A DNA stretch of 64,000 nucleotides from Sodaliphilus sp. (lineage in GTDB: Bacteria; Bacteroidota; Bacteroidia; Bacteroidales; Muribaculaceae). The notes under the pieces are model-generated. The model was not told the origin of the DNA. It was given only the letters and a program-made list of their open reading frames with translations, and searched no databases. The stretch is taken from the NCBI GenBank assembly GCA_050873765.1, contig JBNMJK010000004.1:2844-66843 (forward strand). The letters are read 5' to 3'. Numbering within the stretch: position 1 is the stretch's first letter; the number at the start of each line of letters is the position of its first letter. The translations under genes were made by a program, and so were the position numbers. Shown piece by piece: positions 10,701-21,000 of the stretch.

Positions 10701-11111
10701 TGTGGCGGCAAGAGCCGTTGTAGAAGGGAAGCATGTGCAGAATGTGCGCTGTCCGTTGGAAGTGCTTGATGCTGTGGAGGTGGCCACGGGAATACCCTGG
10801 CTGTCGTATTTGATCGTAATGTTCTCGGATGGCACCGGGTTAATCCTCACGCCCACCGGGCCGTCAGCCAGATTGATGGAAGGAATGCCTAATGATGGAA
10901 TTTCATACGTCCACCCGGCGGCACCTGCCACGAGATGGCTCATGTCGTCGGTTTTGCCATCGGTTCCTACGAGAATTCTTGCCTTCTGCTCCAAGGTCAT
11001 TTTGGAGACAATCGCATCGATGTCGTTCTCTGTTATAAGCTCTGTGGCATTCAGAGAGGCGAACGAGGCAGCAATTGCCAATAAAGCCAATGAGAGGAAG
11101 CGTTTTGTCAT
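7737..11111 (-). CDS. GH3 beta-glycosidase fused to C-terminal DUF4855 domain
   Basis: ADGPVGVR, GRNFEYFSEDP, KHFVAN, LTDW nucleophile, Fn3 domain; then DLALIYQGG..WLFDGFLFL..YYQPNHFF (DUF4855-like). Confidence 0.85.
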   Translation of the reverse strand: MTKRFLSLALLAIAASFASLNATELITENDIDAIVSKMTLEQKARILVGTDGKTDDMSHLVAGAAGWTYEIPSLGIPSINLADGPVGVRINPVPSENITIKYDSQGIPVATSTASSTSNGQRTFCTCFPSTTALAATWDVNAADWQGRCMADEAKAYGVDIVLTPGINIMRNPLCGRNFEYFSEDPLLTGKMAAAIIRAIQECGIGTSLKHFVANNQQTGKKFNDARISQRALREIYLRAFEICVKEANPWTIMGSYNKIAGQFTQTNKDLMIRLLRNEWKYNGLMLTDWTVRRPTADLLNARCGLIMPGDEEIVQEIIEAVNTGKVSTDAINACVKDVLRLVAKSITAKGWHFTTPALAQNAAASRKIASESMVLLKNDNNPLPLKAGSKIALFGATAYKSIAGGTGSSNVNKPYVIDISTGLENAGFAINGRVAEIYRKYVDFRTVLDDKYPDCPDWQKISYHRTVAPEMDITGHEALVAEEIGKSDIAVVVIGRGSGETSDRTVENDFNLTAEETALINKVGAECRKQGKKMVVVLNVCGVIETESWKWNADGILMAWFPGQECGNAVADVISGKVNPSGRLPMTFPMKYTDIPSAKNYPYVGQTEGRNFDYTDYEEDIWVGYRYFSTSHRHVSFPFGYGLSYTNFAYSKPTVKKTGDKWTVSVNVKNTGSVAGREVVQLYVKSNQKTDSITKPEAELKAFTKTKLLSPGESETVKLSFSARDIASFNEQSSAWLTDKGSYTVQLRHSADPASTLSAAQLKVGKALEWKVENILAPVEPVEVMKCDTIQEYPKNTIRDLALIYQGGAKRIDWTADQFLPYVTHKFADGHRDWLFDGFLFLDFNDGMGHTFVPQYGAKNARKQEWEWYLDRLFEKGKSLDAIDKCISQQIDSIGAPGFKHKIVLTIPTPIAGQTDWGKLGNRTLIFDNYGDRSAAAIWFINELVERFAKAGYKNLELAGLYWVDEDICHTKDLVKHITPAVHAKGLEFIWIPYYRARGYDRWKELGFDIAYYQPNHFFDKKIPDSRLDDACDEALNLGMAMEFECDSKALYGSEDSSYGRMQAYINAFRRHHVFSTSTIAYYTGSKALIDMAANPNAKNQAIMDELAKIIVDRRHNKKLTIK

Positions 11112-11138
11112 ATTGATGTGAAATTAGGATTGTAACTC

Positions 11139-11201
11139 AAAAAAGAAAAGAAATGGGAAAGGCGCCCAAAAAACAGTTTCGGTGATGCGCCAGTCCCATT
11201 C
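11139..11201 (-). terminator. Terminator-like hairpin inside the PUL
   Basis: AATGGGA..GGCGC/GCGCC..TCCCATT stem followed by a T-rich run on the minus strand. Confidence 0.6.
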
Positions 11202-11223
11202 GATTGATAATAGAATATTCGTG

Positions 11224-12507
11224 TTATTTAACAATAACCTTAGTAGCCTTGCCGTTGACCATGACAATGTAGATACCAGCATCGCAGCTGATTTCGCCGT
11301 TGCCAGTAGCCACGAGAGCGCCAGCGGTAGTGTAAACGTTGGCAACGCCTTCGCCCTTCACAACGATCTTGCCATTGGTGCCGTAAACCACAGCATCGTT
11401 TTCAGCCTCAACACTCTTTACTGAAGAGCTCTGAACGGTGAACTCATATTTTGCGATGTAAGCGTTAGGAACGTACTCGTAGATATAGACAGAGTTTTCT
11501 GTTGCAGGCTCCACAGAGAGGTGGCAACCATAGAAAGCGTTGTTTTTGTACAGCACGTCAGAACCATCTTCCTTAGCCTCAGCATATTTAGTAGCGATGC
11601 GTACATCTTTGTCAGCGTCTTCGTTGGCAGGAGTGTCCTTCACTTTCAAAGATGATACAGTAAAGCCGTCGGCATTGTTTGAGCCAGAAGGATAAACGAT
11701 GTATTTCTTGCCGTTGAGCTCGAAAATCTCGAATCCTGAGCAACCGTTGTGGTTAGGTGTCACATAGAAGCCGGTTGGAACCCAGTTGTCGTCGTTGTCG
11801 AGAGTCAGACGATAGATGGAGTTTCCATTACCAGAAGTAGTGCTTGTGATTTGCACATTAGGCGAAAGCAGCGCAATAGACTCTGTGTCGAATTTGTAAG
11901 CGCAAATGGTGTGGGTAGTAGTGAAAGTGCCGCCTACCTTGATGGCCTCGTTTTGTACGAAGTTGTAGGGATAGGTGTCTTCAACTGCTTGCGCACCGTT
12001 CACAATAGGCACTTCAATCATGTTGGGCTGCCACATGGTGCCCATAAAGAGAACGCCACCGTCTTTCGACATCACATCGCCAGCCACGTGTCCCCAGAAG
12101 TCGGCACGTCCGCCAGGAATACCTGCGATTTCAAAATCTTTAACTTCACCTGCAGGAGTGATAATTCTCACACCTTTATTCACATTGTAGTTTGTGTTGA
12201 ACTCGCCAGTGCGGACAATGATGTTGCCGGCGTCGTCGCGTGTGATGTTAGTGCCTTTACCAGATTCCAACTCACCGATTTTGCCTGTCTCGTTCCAGAT
12301 TTCAATTTTCTGGGTGTCCTTGTTCTGAAGGTAGAATTTGCCATTAACGGCTACACCTTGGCGTGCAGAAGTGTGCAATGGAGCCACGTCGGTGTTCATC
12401 CATAAACATTTAAGACTGCGATCCATTGAGGATTTTGCAGTAGCTGACGGAGCGTAAACTGCCATGCTGGCAATCAAAGCTGCTCCCATGAGTAAATTTT
12501 TTTTCAT
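11224..12507 (-). CDS. Secreted hypothetical protein with T9SS-like C-terminal sorting domain
   Basis: Signal peptide; C-terminus VYTTAG..GIYIV..GKATKVIVK. Confidence 0.8.
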   Translation of the reverse strand: MKKNLLMGAALIASMAVYAPSATAKSSMDRSLKCLWMNTDVAPLHTSARQGVAVNGKFYLQNKDTQKIEIWNETGKIGELESGKGTNITRDDAGNIIVRTGEFNTNYNVNKGVRIITPAGEVKDFEIAGIPGGRADFWGHVAGDVMSKDGGVLFMGTMWQPNMIEVPIVNGAQAVEDTYPYNFVQNEAIKVGGTFTTTHTICAYKFDTESIALLSPNVQITSTTSGNGNSIYRLTLDNDDNWVPTGFYVTPNHNGCSGFEIFELNGKKYIVYPSGSNNADGFTVSSLKVKDTPANEDADKDVRIATKYAEAKEDGSDVLYKNNAFYGCHLSVEPATENSVYIYEYVPNAYIAKYEFTVQSSSVKSVEAENDAVVYGTNGKIVVKGEGVANVYTTAGALVATGNGEISCDAGIYIVMVNGKATKVIVK

Positions 12508-12539
12508 TTTGTCTGTTTTTTAAATAGTTATTAAAATAG

Positions 12540-14237
12540 TTATTTGATAGGTAATTTATAAACCTCTTTATCTGTAGCGATGAAATATATTCCAGCCGAC
12601 AAACCTGATGTAGGCATCTCGATTGTTCCAGCCTTGCATTTCACCGTTTTCAGGCAAACGCCCTGGCAATTAATTAGGCGAATGTTTGAGTCGTAGGGAA
12701 TAGTTATTCTGACATTTGCCCCAGGCTCTACCGTCACGCTCATTTTGCTGTCGGCGGTGGGCTGGAATCCTACGCTGGAATTGTCGGTGACTGTGATGCG
12801 GATTTTGGCAGTGTGGCTGCCACGGCTTGCCTCAATCTGATAAGCTCCTGCCTTGCTGAAAGTGAATGTGCCGTTCTCAATGCTCACGTTGCTCTCGGGT
12901 GAGCAAGAGAAAGTGCAGCCAGCCAGATTGGCATCGATGAGGTATCCGTCCTTGTTGTAGCCATAAACTGTTGGCTTGTAGGCAGAGCCTACGGCAATAG
13001 TCTTTGCATAGTCGGCAAATGCGATTGATGCCACCTCATTGTCGAGGGTCTTCGGTGCAGCCAAAAACCACCCGTTTCTCACTTTTCGGAGTTGTCCGTC
13101 GCTTGGACGGTTGAACACGCCAAGAGTTTCGGAATAAATGGTCGATGATCCGCCACCATCAAAGTTGATGGCCGTCACGCAACCCACATTCTGCATCATG
13201 CTTGCCAGTTCCTTCGATGTGATGCCGTCGGATATACCGGCGTTGAACTTGTCGCCGTCCACCACCATCATCACCATTTTGGTTCCAGTCTTGTCAATAC
13301 CAACGGCGGTGCGGGGGCGGCGTGACGACAGGTGGTCGAGCACTTTGTCGGTGTTGAGAATGTTGCCGTCTTGCAGAATCATCGGGCAGCCGCCGCTCAT
13401 CTCCTGAATTTGTTCTATGGTCTTGCCATTGAGCGTGAATGTGGGGGTAATCTCGATGATGTCGCCCACTTTCAGCTTTTTCAAAGGATCCATATACCAC
13501 GACGCATTCGCCGAGAGCACAATTCCACCTGCGGGAATCGACATATTGCCGACACCTGATTGTGGTGCCGCTGTGACTTTGAACTGCGTGGTGCCATAGG
13601 CCGCCAGCCCCTTGCCGAGGCTTACGGCCGCCACTTCCACGCCATTGGCAGAGGTGCCCGTAGATGCGCCGTATTTGTCGGTGAAGATGACAAAGTCGTT
13701 CGACTCTCGCGGCGTGTTGACGCTCTTTGCCGACATTTGCCCTGTGGCAGTTGACGTCAGTTTGAATGTGGAGTAGAATTGTCCGAAGTTGAGACGCTTT
13801 TCGCTGTCGTAGCCCACGGAATACCACCCGGTTGATGTTCTGGCGGTTTTATAAATTTCCGAACCTACAATCGTTGAGCCGATAGGGCCTGTGCCAGAAA
13901 ATAAGTCGGCATTCACGCCGGCAATGTATTCATAATTTTTATCGCTGTTATTGCTGACCATCTGAGGAACGGTCTGGTTTGTTTTCAAATTATTGTTGCC
14001 GCAGATAGTCTTAACCTGCACAAGCGGATTGCTGAGGTCGGTGGTCGTGAAAAACACACGTTGGCGCTGGTCGCCAGTCAGGTCGAGTATCGTTAAGGAA
14101 GTGCCCGGCCCGATTTGGCAATGCTTCACGGTGTCGATAGCAAACGCTTTGCCCATCACAGTCCATGTGGAAGCCTGGCTGGCAAACGCTGTCTGGATTG
14201 AAGTTGCTAATAATATTACAAACGCGATCGATTTCAT
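12540..14237 (-). CDS. Phosphodiester glycosidase (NAGPA-like) with T9SS-like C-terminal domain
   Basis: GVNADLF, RPRTAVG, VVDG, NFDGGGSS motifs; C-terminal GIYFI..YKLPIK. Confidence 0.85.
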   Translation of the reverse strand: MKSIAFVILLATSIQTAFASQASTWTVMGKAFAIDTVKHCQIGPGTSLTILDLTGDQRQRVFFTTTDLSNPLVQVKTICGNNNLKTNQTVPQMVSNNSDKNYEYIAGVNADLFSGTGPIGSTIVGSEIYKTARTSTGWYSVGYDSEKRLNFGQFYSTFKLTSTATGQMSAKSVNTPRESNDFVIFTDKYGASTGTSANGVEVAAVSLGKGLAAYGTTQFKVTAAPQSGVGNMSIPAGGIVLSANASWYMDPLKKLKVGDIIEITPTFTLNGKTIEQIQEMSGGCPMILQDGNILNTDKVLDHLSSRRPRTAVGIDKTGTKMVMMVVDGDKFNAGISDGITSKELASMMQNVGCVTAINFDGGGSSTIYSETLGVFNRPSDGQLRKVRNGWFLAAPKTLDNEVASIAFADYAKTIAVGSAYKPTVYGYNKDGYLIDANLAGCTFSCSPESNVSIENGTFTFSKAGAYQIEASRGSHTAKIRITVTDNSSVGFQPTADSKMSVTVEPGANVRITIPYDSNIRLINCQGVCLKTVKCKAGTIEMPTSGLSAGIYFIATDKEVYKLPIK

Positions 14238-14239
14238 GT

Positions 14240-16273
14240 TTACAAGTTGATTCTTTTACCTGATATAGGGTCGAGTGTGAGTTCTTGTCCGTTGGGCAGA
14301 ACCACATGGTGTGGCTTGCTGTCGCTGTTGATCACATACATCACACGCTTTCCTTTGGGGCTTTCCCACAATGCGCCTTTCACCACATAGTCTTTGCCGA
14401 AAGTGGGAACATCGATGACGGGATTGTCGCCAGTAGGGATAATTTCCTGAATGTAGCGGCCACCGATAAACACATCGTGCTGCTTTTTGCGCAATTCCCC
14501 AAGTGTGCGGAGGAATTTAGCCTCATATTCAGCTTTGTCGTTGACCCACAGCAACCGGGGATCAACCCAACCGAGCTGAGAGCCGTAGAGGAAGCATTGC
14601 ATATTCTGATAGCGGAATTCTCCTTTCGTCACATCGGTGTAGGGAGAGTAAGTATAGGCGCAAGTGAGCACGCGGTCGGAATAGATCAGCGGATAGAGCG
14701 GCACAATCTTACATTCAGGGTTGTGTGGCGTGTTTACTGTCAGCAATATGTCGAAGTATGGAATATAACATTCGGCATTTTCTTCAGAAAACACGATATT
14801 CCCTTTTTTCAGATGATTTGTGCGCAGCTCTTCCATCATGTCTCTGTACGACTGATACCAGAATTCACCGCCACCTTTGGGGTGGTTGTGGTTCTTGGCA
14901 TAGCATGGATAGGGGGCTGCCGCTGCCACTTGGTCGATGTAGAGACCATTGGTCTGTAGCTCATTTTGAATGCTGTCGGCAAGGTCAAGAATCACTTTCT
15001 TCCATATTGGCGACGAAGGGCAGGTGACCGAGTTGGGCACAAGGGAAGTGGGATAGACCTCCGTGTACAAGGCCCCGTCGGCACGCCGGCATGACGCGTC
15101 CTTTCCGTTGAGGCGCGTGTAGCTCTCCGTTCCCGGATCCCAAAGTCGGCCGTTGATGTAGGGCATCACTTGGCAGCCTTTGTCTCTGACCATGCGCACG
15201 ATGGGCTTGAACTCGGGCTGTGCCGGGAAGTAGTCGGGATAGTGCGTGTCGTAGCTGTGGTGATGCCAGAAATACCAATGGAAACAGATGTCGTTGCCGA
15301 AGTAGTCGATGGCTTTGTTGACAGCCGTAACAGTGGTGTCGCCAAGATATTTTGCACGCATCCACAGGTCCTTATCCACAAGCCATTTAGGAATGTTGCG
15401 TTCTTTCAGCGTCTTGCTTCCCCATGGAGTGGACAATGCGAACGGGCGGTACCATTTCACGGCTGCATCACTCCAATTGCCAGCTAAAGATCCGGTAACC
15501 GTAGGCCATGGAATGCTGAACTGGTGTGAAGCCGTGTTGGTCCAGCCGTAGGACGCCACCACCTCTGTGCGGAAGCTCACGGCTCCATCTTTCTCTTTTA
15601 TGCGCATCATCTTGCCGCAGGCGTTGCGGTCTTCAGGTGAAAAATAGAATGTTCTGTTTTTGGCGGTGAGCATTACCATCTGCATCGAGGCGTTCCACGA
15701 TGGGTAGTTGGCTTCGTAGTCGCCGTTTGCTTTCAGCGCATACTCATTGCCCCAGCCGCCAGGAGTGATCACTGAACCTTCACCAGGCGACTTGATGGCA
15801 ATGTCGGGGAACACGAAATTGGTCACAACCCAGTTGTTAGGCACTTCGGCCGACAGGTTCCATTGCACAAGGTCGGCATTGTCGGCAAGCGTGACCCTCA
15901 TTTCCACAGGGTAGTTTTCGCCGTCGTATTTCAGGCGGGTGTGCCATGTGAATACAATCGTCTTTGCCGTGTCGCTGTCTTCCACCCGCCAGCCGCGGTA
16001 AATGGCATACTGTGGGCTGATAGCGGGAGTTTCGCCTTGCTCACCGAGGTATGTCAGGCTCCAAGGCTGCTTGTTGTCGCCCGCTTTCACCATTTCCACC
16101 CCTTGATGCTTCATCGACACGATGTCGAAAGTGCCGCTGCCGGTGAATTCCATCGCCACGTTGTCGTTGGCGATGGTCACCGTGGCAGCACCCTGCTTCA
16201 CCGTAGTTTTGGCAAAGGCAGGCAGAGCCGGGAGAATGGAAGCAATTATTGCTGTTATGACTTTATATGTCAT
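14240..16273 (-). CDS. DUF6259-like putative glycoside hydrolase (TIM barrel)
   Basis: Signal peptide; WHHHSYDTHYPDYFP, PYINGRLWD, GLYIDQ, SEENAE motifs. Confidence 0.7.
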   Translation of the reverse strand: MTYKVITAIIASILPALPAFAKTTVKQGAATVTIANDNVAMEFTGSGTFDIVSMKHQGVEMVKAGDNKQPWSLTYLGEQGETPAISPQYAIYRGWRVEDSDTAKTIVFTWHTRLKYDGENYPVEMRVTLADNADLVQWNLSAEVPNNWVVTNFVFPDIAIKSPGEGSVITPGGWGNEYALKANGDYEANYPSWNASMQMVMLTAKNRTFYFSPEDRNACGKMMRIKEKDGAVSFRTEVVASYGWTNTASHQFSIPWPTVTGSLAGNWSDAAVKWYRPFALSTPWGSKTLKERNIPKWLVDKDLWMRAKYLGDTTVTAVNKAIDYFGNDICFHWYFWHHHSYDTHYPDYFPAQPEFKPIVRMVRDKGCQVMPYINGRLWDPGTESYTRLNGKDASCRRADGALYTEVYPTSLVPNSVTCPSSPIWKKVILDLADSIQNELQTNGLYIDQVAAAAPYPCYAKNHNHPKGGGEFWYQSYRDMMEELRTNHLKKGNIVFSEENAECYIPYFDILLTVNTPHNPECKIVPLYPLIYSDRVLTCAYTYSPYTDVTKGEFRYQNMQCFLYGSQLGWVDPRLLWVNDKAEYEAKFLRTLGELRKKQHDVFIGGRYIQEIIPTGDNPVIDVPTFGKDYVVKGALWESPKGKRVMYVINSDSKPHHVVLPNGQELTLDPISGKRINL

Positions 16274-16288
16274 CGTCTCTGTTCTTGA

Positions 16289-18049
16289 TTAATAGTCAGG
16301 GTTTGTCAAGTTGGGGTCGCGGTCAGTCTCCACACGTGGGATAGGCCACCATGTGAATTTAGAATCCCAGAATCTGTTTTTGTCGCGCACGCGGAGTTTC
16401 TCCTTGTAGGCCTCATACGATGGAATGTCGTTGAGGTCGGCGCGGTCAGATGTCTTGAAGTTTGGAATATCCGTTTCTGAGAGACCTTCGTATTTGATAG
16501 CTGGCAATGGTTGCCCGTATGACGGCTGGCTGTTCAGCAGGTCGCCGATGCCCCATCTGCGCACATCTACGAACAGCAGGCCTTCCAGTGCGAACTCAAC
16601 CTTGCGCTCGCGGCGTACCAACTGGCGCATTTTGGCTTGATTGCCAATTCGGTCGGCCGAAACGGCGGGCATTCCGGCTCTGCCGCGCACAGCGTTGATT
16701 GCTGAGTACACAGATTCGTCAAGTTCGCCGAGCTCGATTTTAGCTTCTGCATAGTTCAGCAGAATCTCGGCATAGCGCATAAGAATGAGGTTAGAAGACG
16801 AACTCATGAGCGGTTCTGTGGTTTCATTGGCATACTTGCGCCACACATAGCCCACACCGCAGTTCACGAGCGATGGGCTTGTGCCAGTCACATCTACATT
16901 GTTAGAGGTGTACCACTTGTTGCGGCGGGGGTAAAAACTTGTCTTTTGGTCGTAGATGTTGATGACGCACTTCAGTGGATTGTTGCCGTCGGTGTTGGTG
17001 TAGTTGACGGTATCTAAGTGTCCGGCAAGCGTGGCCTCAAAGCGAGGGTCGCGGTTCTTTGTCGGGTGTTTGGGATCGTAGAGTGGCGACTCGTCGATGC
17101 GCTTGCCGTCGATGCACTCGTAGGTGTCAACGATAAGGCTGCTGGGGAAACGCACTGATGAGCCATAGTTGCGTGAAGAGTGGCCGTAGCCCACAGTATG
17201 GAGCTTCTTAGTGCTGGAAGTGGAATACATCAGTTCCCAGAGACACTCGTCGCGCACGTCGCTTTTTGCCTGGCCAGTCAGGTTGAACAGGTCGTCGAAC
17301 TTATTTGCAAGGTGGCGTTTGCCAATCACTTTCGATGCTGCTTCTGCGGCCTGGCGGAAGTAGTCCTGTCCCTTGTTGTCAACGTTGAAGCTGCCGGCAA
17401 AAAGGCAGATTCTCGAAATCAAGCCATAGGCTACGGCCTTATCTACACGGCCACGTTCAGTGGCAGTCCATGGCAAAGCCTCGGCTGCATCGTTGAGGTC
17501 TTTTGTGAGGTATTCGATGATTTCGCCTTTGGGCGTTCTTCCTGCCTTGTACTGCTCAATGGTCACAGGCTCAGTAAAGAAAGGAACATCTCCGTAAGCT
17601 GAAATCAGATTGTAATAAGCATACGCTCTCAGCACACGGGCTTCGGCGAAGTATTGCTTCGACTTGTCCGACATTTTGTCGATGGCATCTTCTGCACCAG
17701 CGATTACGGAGTTGGCACGGGCGATGATGCCGTATTCTCCCGACCAGAACGCCTGGATTTTGGCATTATCGGGGTTTAGTGCTCCACCGGCGCCGATTGA
17801 TCTGTTCTCGTCCTGCTCCAGACCATAGGCAGTGTAGTGGTCGAGCACGATACATGCCGGTACAGACCAGTTCATGTCGAAATACAATTTCTGATAAACG
17901 CCGGTCAGGCCTTCTTTCAAGCCCTGCTCTGATTTGTAGAATCCGCGGTTGTCGTAGGCTGGATTCTCTTTGTCGAGAAAGTCAGAGCAACCGACAAGCG
18001 CTATTGCTGCAGAGGCGGCAAGAATATATTTTGATATTGTCTTGATCAT
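16289..18049 (-). CDS. susD: RagB/SusD nutrient-binding lipoprotein
   Basis: Lipobox LVGC-SDFLDK, LMRYAEILLNYAEA, RRERKVEFALEG, WPIP. Confidence 0.95.
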   Translation of the reverse strand: MIKTISKYILAASAAIALVGCSDFLDKENPAYDNRGFYKSEQGLKEGLTGVYQKLYFDMNWSVPACIVLDHYTAYGLEQDENRSIGAGGALNPDNAKIQAFWSGEYGIIARANSVIAGAEDAIDKMSDKSKQYFAEARVLRAYAYYNLISAYGDVPFFTEPVTIEQYKAGRTPKGEIIEYLTKDLNDAAEALPWTATERGRVDKAVAYGLISRICLFAGSFNVDNKGQDYFRQAAEAASKVIGKRHLANKFDDLFNLTGQAKSDVRDECLWELMYSTSSTKKLHTVGYGHSSRNYGSSVRFPSSLIVDTYECIDGKRIDESPLYDPKHPTKNRDPRFEATLAGHLDTVNYTNTDGNNPLKCVINIYDQKTSFYPRRNKWYTSNNVDVTGTSPSLVNCGVGYVWRKYANETTEPLMSSSSNLILMRYAEILLNYAEAKIELGELDESVYSAINAVRGRAGMPAVSADRIGNQAKMRQLVRRERKVEFALEGLLFVDVRRWGIGDLLNSQPSYGQPLPAIKYEGLSETDIPNFKTSDRADLNDIPSYEAYKEKLRVRDKNRFWDSKFTWWPIPRVETDRDPNLTNPDY

Positions 18050-18064
18050 TGCTTTTGATGTTTT

Positions 18065-21000
18065 TTAGAATTCAACGTTTAGTCCGAAAACGAATGTCTT
18101 GTTAAGCGGGTAGAGGCTTGCGCCAGAGCCGATGCTGCTTTCTGGGTCGAAACCCTGGTAGAAGTTGTCCTTGATTGTGAACACGTTTTGCGCGCTGGCA
18201 TACACACGAAGTTTTGAGATGTTGACTTTGCGTGTGATTGCAGCAGGAAGCGTATAGCCGACAACCAAGTTTTTCAGACGGCAGTAGGCTCCGCTCTTTA
18301 CCCAGAACGATGAAATCATGTTGTTAGGGTTGGTAGCATTCGGGTCTTCAAGCAGGCGAGGGAACTTGGCGTTCTGGTTTTCCTCGGTCCAGTAGTCGAG
18401 CTGGTACTTGTAGATGGTGTAGTTGCCGCACAGCGCGCGTGCGCCGGCACCAGAGTAGTACACATCTTTCTTGCCCACACCCTGGAAGAATGCCGAGAAG
18501 TCGAGCCCTTTCCATTGCAGACCGAGCGTGAGACCGAACTCATAGCGTGGGGTAGGGTTGCCGATGATAGTGCGGTCGTAGCTGTCGATTTTGCCGTCGG
18601 GCACACCATCAGGGCCAGAGATGTCTTTGTATTTGATATCGCCAGGAGCCACGTTGGCTTTATTGCCGCCATATACTGGAGATGCTTCAATTTCTTCGCG
18701 CGAGGTGAAGAATCCGTCGGCCACATATCCATACCAAGAGCCGTAAGGCTTGCCCTCAGTTGTCAGTCGAGTGCCGCTTTTGTATTCATTGCCATAGAGG
18801 TTTGTCACCTTGTTCTTCACATCGGAGATATTACCCTTAATGTAGTAGTCAACGTTGCCCACTCTGTCTTGCCATGCAATAGAGAATTCCCAGCCGTTGT
18901 TTCTCATCGAACCGGCATTTTCCCAAGGCGATGTCATTGACACGAACAATGGCACAGGAAACTGCTGAAGCATGTTGTTGATGTTACGCACGTAGTAGTC
19001 GAAGCTACCGCTCAGCCTGTTGTTCAGGAAGGCGTAGTCGATACCGACATCAAACTGGTGAGATTTCTCCCAAGTGATGTTTGGATTGGCGAGTACGGTC
19101 TGTGCCACACCCGATGAAAATTCTTTATCGAACCAGTAACCATAGGCTGGAGAGCTACCGATTGCAGCAGAGTAAGGATAGTAGCTGTTGATCGACTGGT
19201 TACCAAGAGTACCGTACGACACTCTCAGCTTGAAGTTGCTCATCACATCTTTTGCTGATTCCCAGAAAGGCTCCTCAGAGATTCTCCAACCTGCTGAAAC
19301 CGAAGGGAAGAAACCCCAGCGCTGGCTGCCGATGAATCGCGATGTGCCGTCGTAACGGCCGTTCACTTCAAGGAGATAGCGGTCTTTGAAAGCGTAGTTT
19401 ACCCTGAACAGATAAGAGAGCATCGCCCATGAGTTACGCGCGCTTGAGTTGGTCTGTGTGGTGGCGTCACCATTGATGAGGTCTTCATAACCGTCGTAAT
19501 AGTAATTCTTTCGTCCGGCGGTCAGATAGGTGTAGTTGAGTTCCTCGGATTGGAAACCGAGCAGCACTTTCAGGTAGTTTTTACCAAAAGTGTTCTCGTA
19601 TGTGCCTGTGAGATCGTACTGCTTGCGCACCGTCTTTGTGCGCTGCTCCGACATAGAGGAACCGCTGGTGGGGAACGAACCCTTGAACACACCGTTCTCG
19701 TAGGTGTCGTATGGCTTTGCAAACGCTTTCACCTCTCCATCGTTGCGCTTCCAAGTGTAGGAGCCGAAGATTGTGAGACCCTTGAAAGGCGTAAGCGTGA
19801 GGGTAGGCTTAACAATGTATTCAGGTGCAACGCTGTTGGAAGTGCAGCCGCAGCGCACCATAGCAATCGGGTTGGTGCCGTTGATGCCGTAGCCATAAGT
19901 GCCGTCGGCATTGATGCCCGACATGATAGGTGTCATCGTCAGGGCTTTACCGATGATATTGGTAGGCGAGTCTAATACGGGCGATGTGGCGTTGGCTTGG
20001 CGTACACTTGCGTCAACACCAAGTTTCATCCACTTGTTGATCTTCATGTCGGTGTTGAGGCGCAGTGATGTGCGCGAGAATTTGTTGTTGTCGATCAAAC
20101 CGTCTTGCGTGTAGTAGCCGGCAGAAGCATAAATTTTCAAGTACTCGCTGCCGCCGCTCACGCCGATTGAATAGTTTTGAACAAGTGCGGAACTTTTAAT
20201 CACCTCTTTTTTCCAGTCGGTGTCGTAATAGTTAGTCTGGTCCACGCCACCGTTCTTGTATATTTCAATCACATCGGTGTAAAGAGGCTGCTGCAAAGCG
20301 TTTTTGCGTGCAGCGTCCACGGCTTGCATATATTCGATAGCCGATGTAGGCTCAGGCAAGGTGGTAGGGGTGTTGATACCTACGTAGCCGTTGAAAGTGA
20401 CGGTGGGCTTGCCTTCAGCGCCACGCTTGGTGGTGACGAGAATCACACCATTTGATGCGCGCGAACCATAGATTGATGCGGAAGCAGCGTCTTTCAGCAC
20501 CGATATCGACTCAATGCTGTTGAGGTCGATACGGTTGAAGTCGCCTTCCACTCCATCGATAAGAATCAGTGGCGAGGTGGAAGAGTTGAGTGAGCCCAAA
20601 CCTCTGAGCCGCAGGGAAGCCTGGTCGTTGCCTGGCTGACCTGAAGTCTGCATGGCAGTCAGACCTGGCACAATACCTTGAAGCGCGGCAGAACCGTTGG
20701 AAACGTTGGCGCGCAGAATGTCTTTGCTGCTGATGCTTTGCACGGAACCGGTGAGGTTGATTTTTTTCTGTGATCCGAATCCAACGACCACCACATCTTC
20801 GAGGGCTGTGGCCGACTGATGCATGACAATGTCTTGGTTGAGACCCTTTTTGGCATCAAGCGTAACAGGCTCAGTGCCGACATAGGTGAATTTCAACTTT
20901 GTTGGAGAACTAAGGCTGATGGTGTATCTGCCTTCCGAGTCTGTGACATTGAGTGTCTTGCCGCCTTTTCCGGTGATGGCGACACCTATCATGGGCTCGC

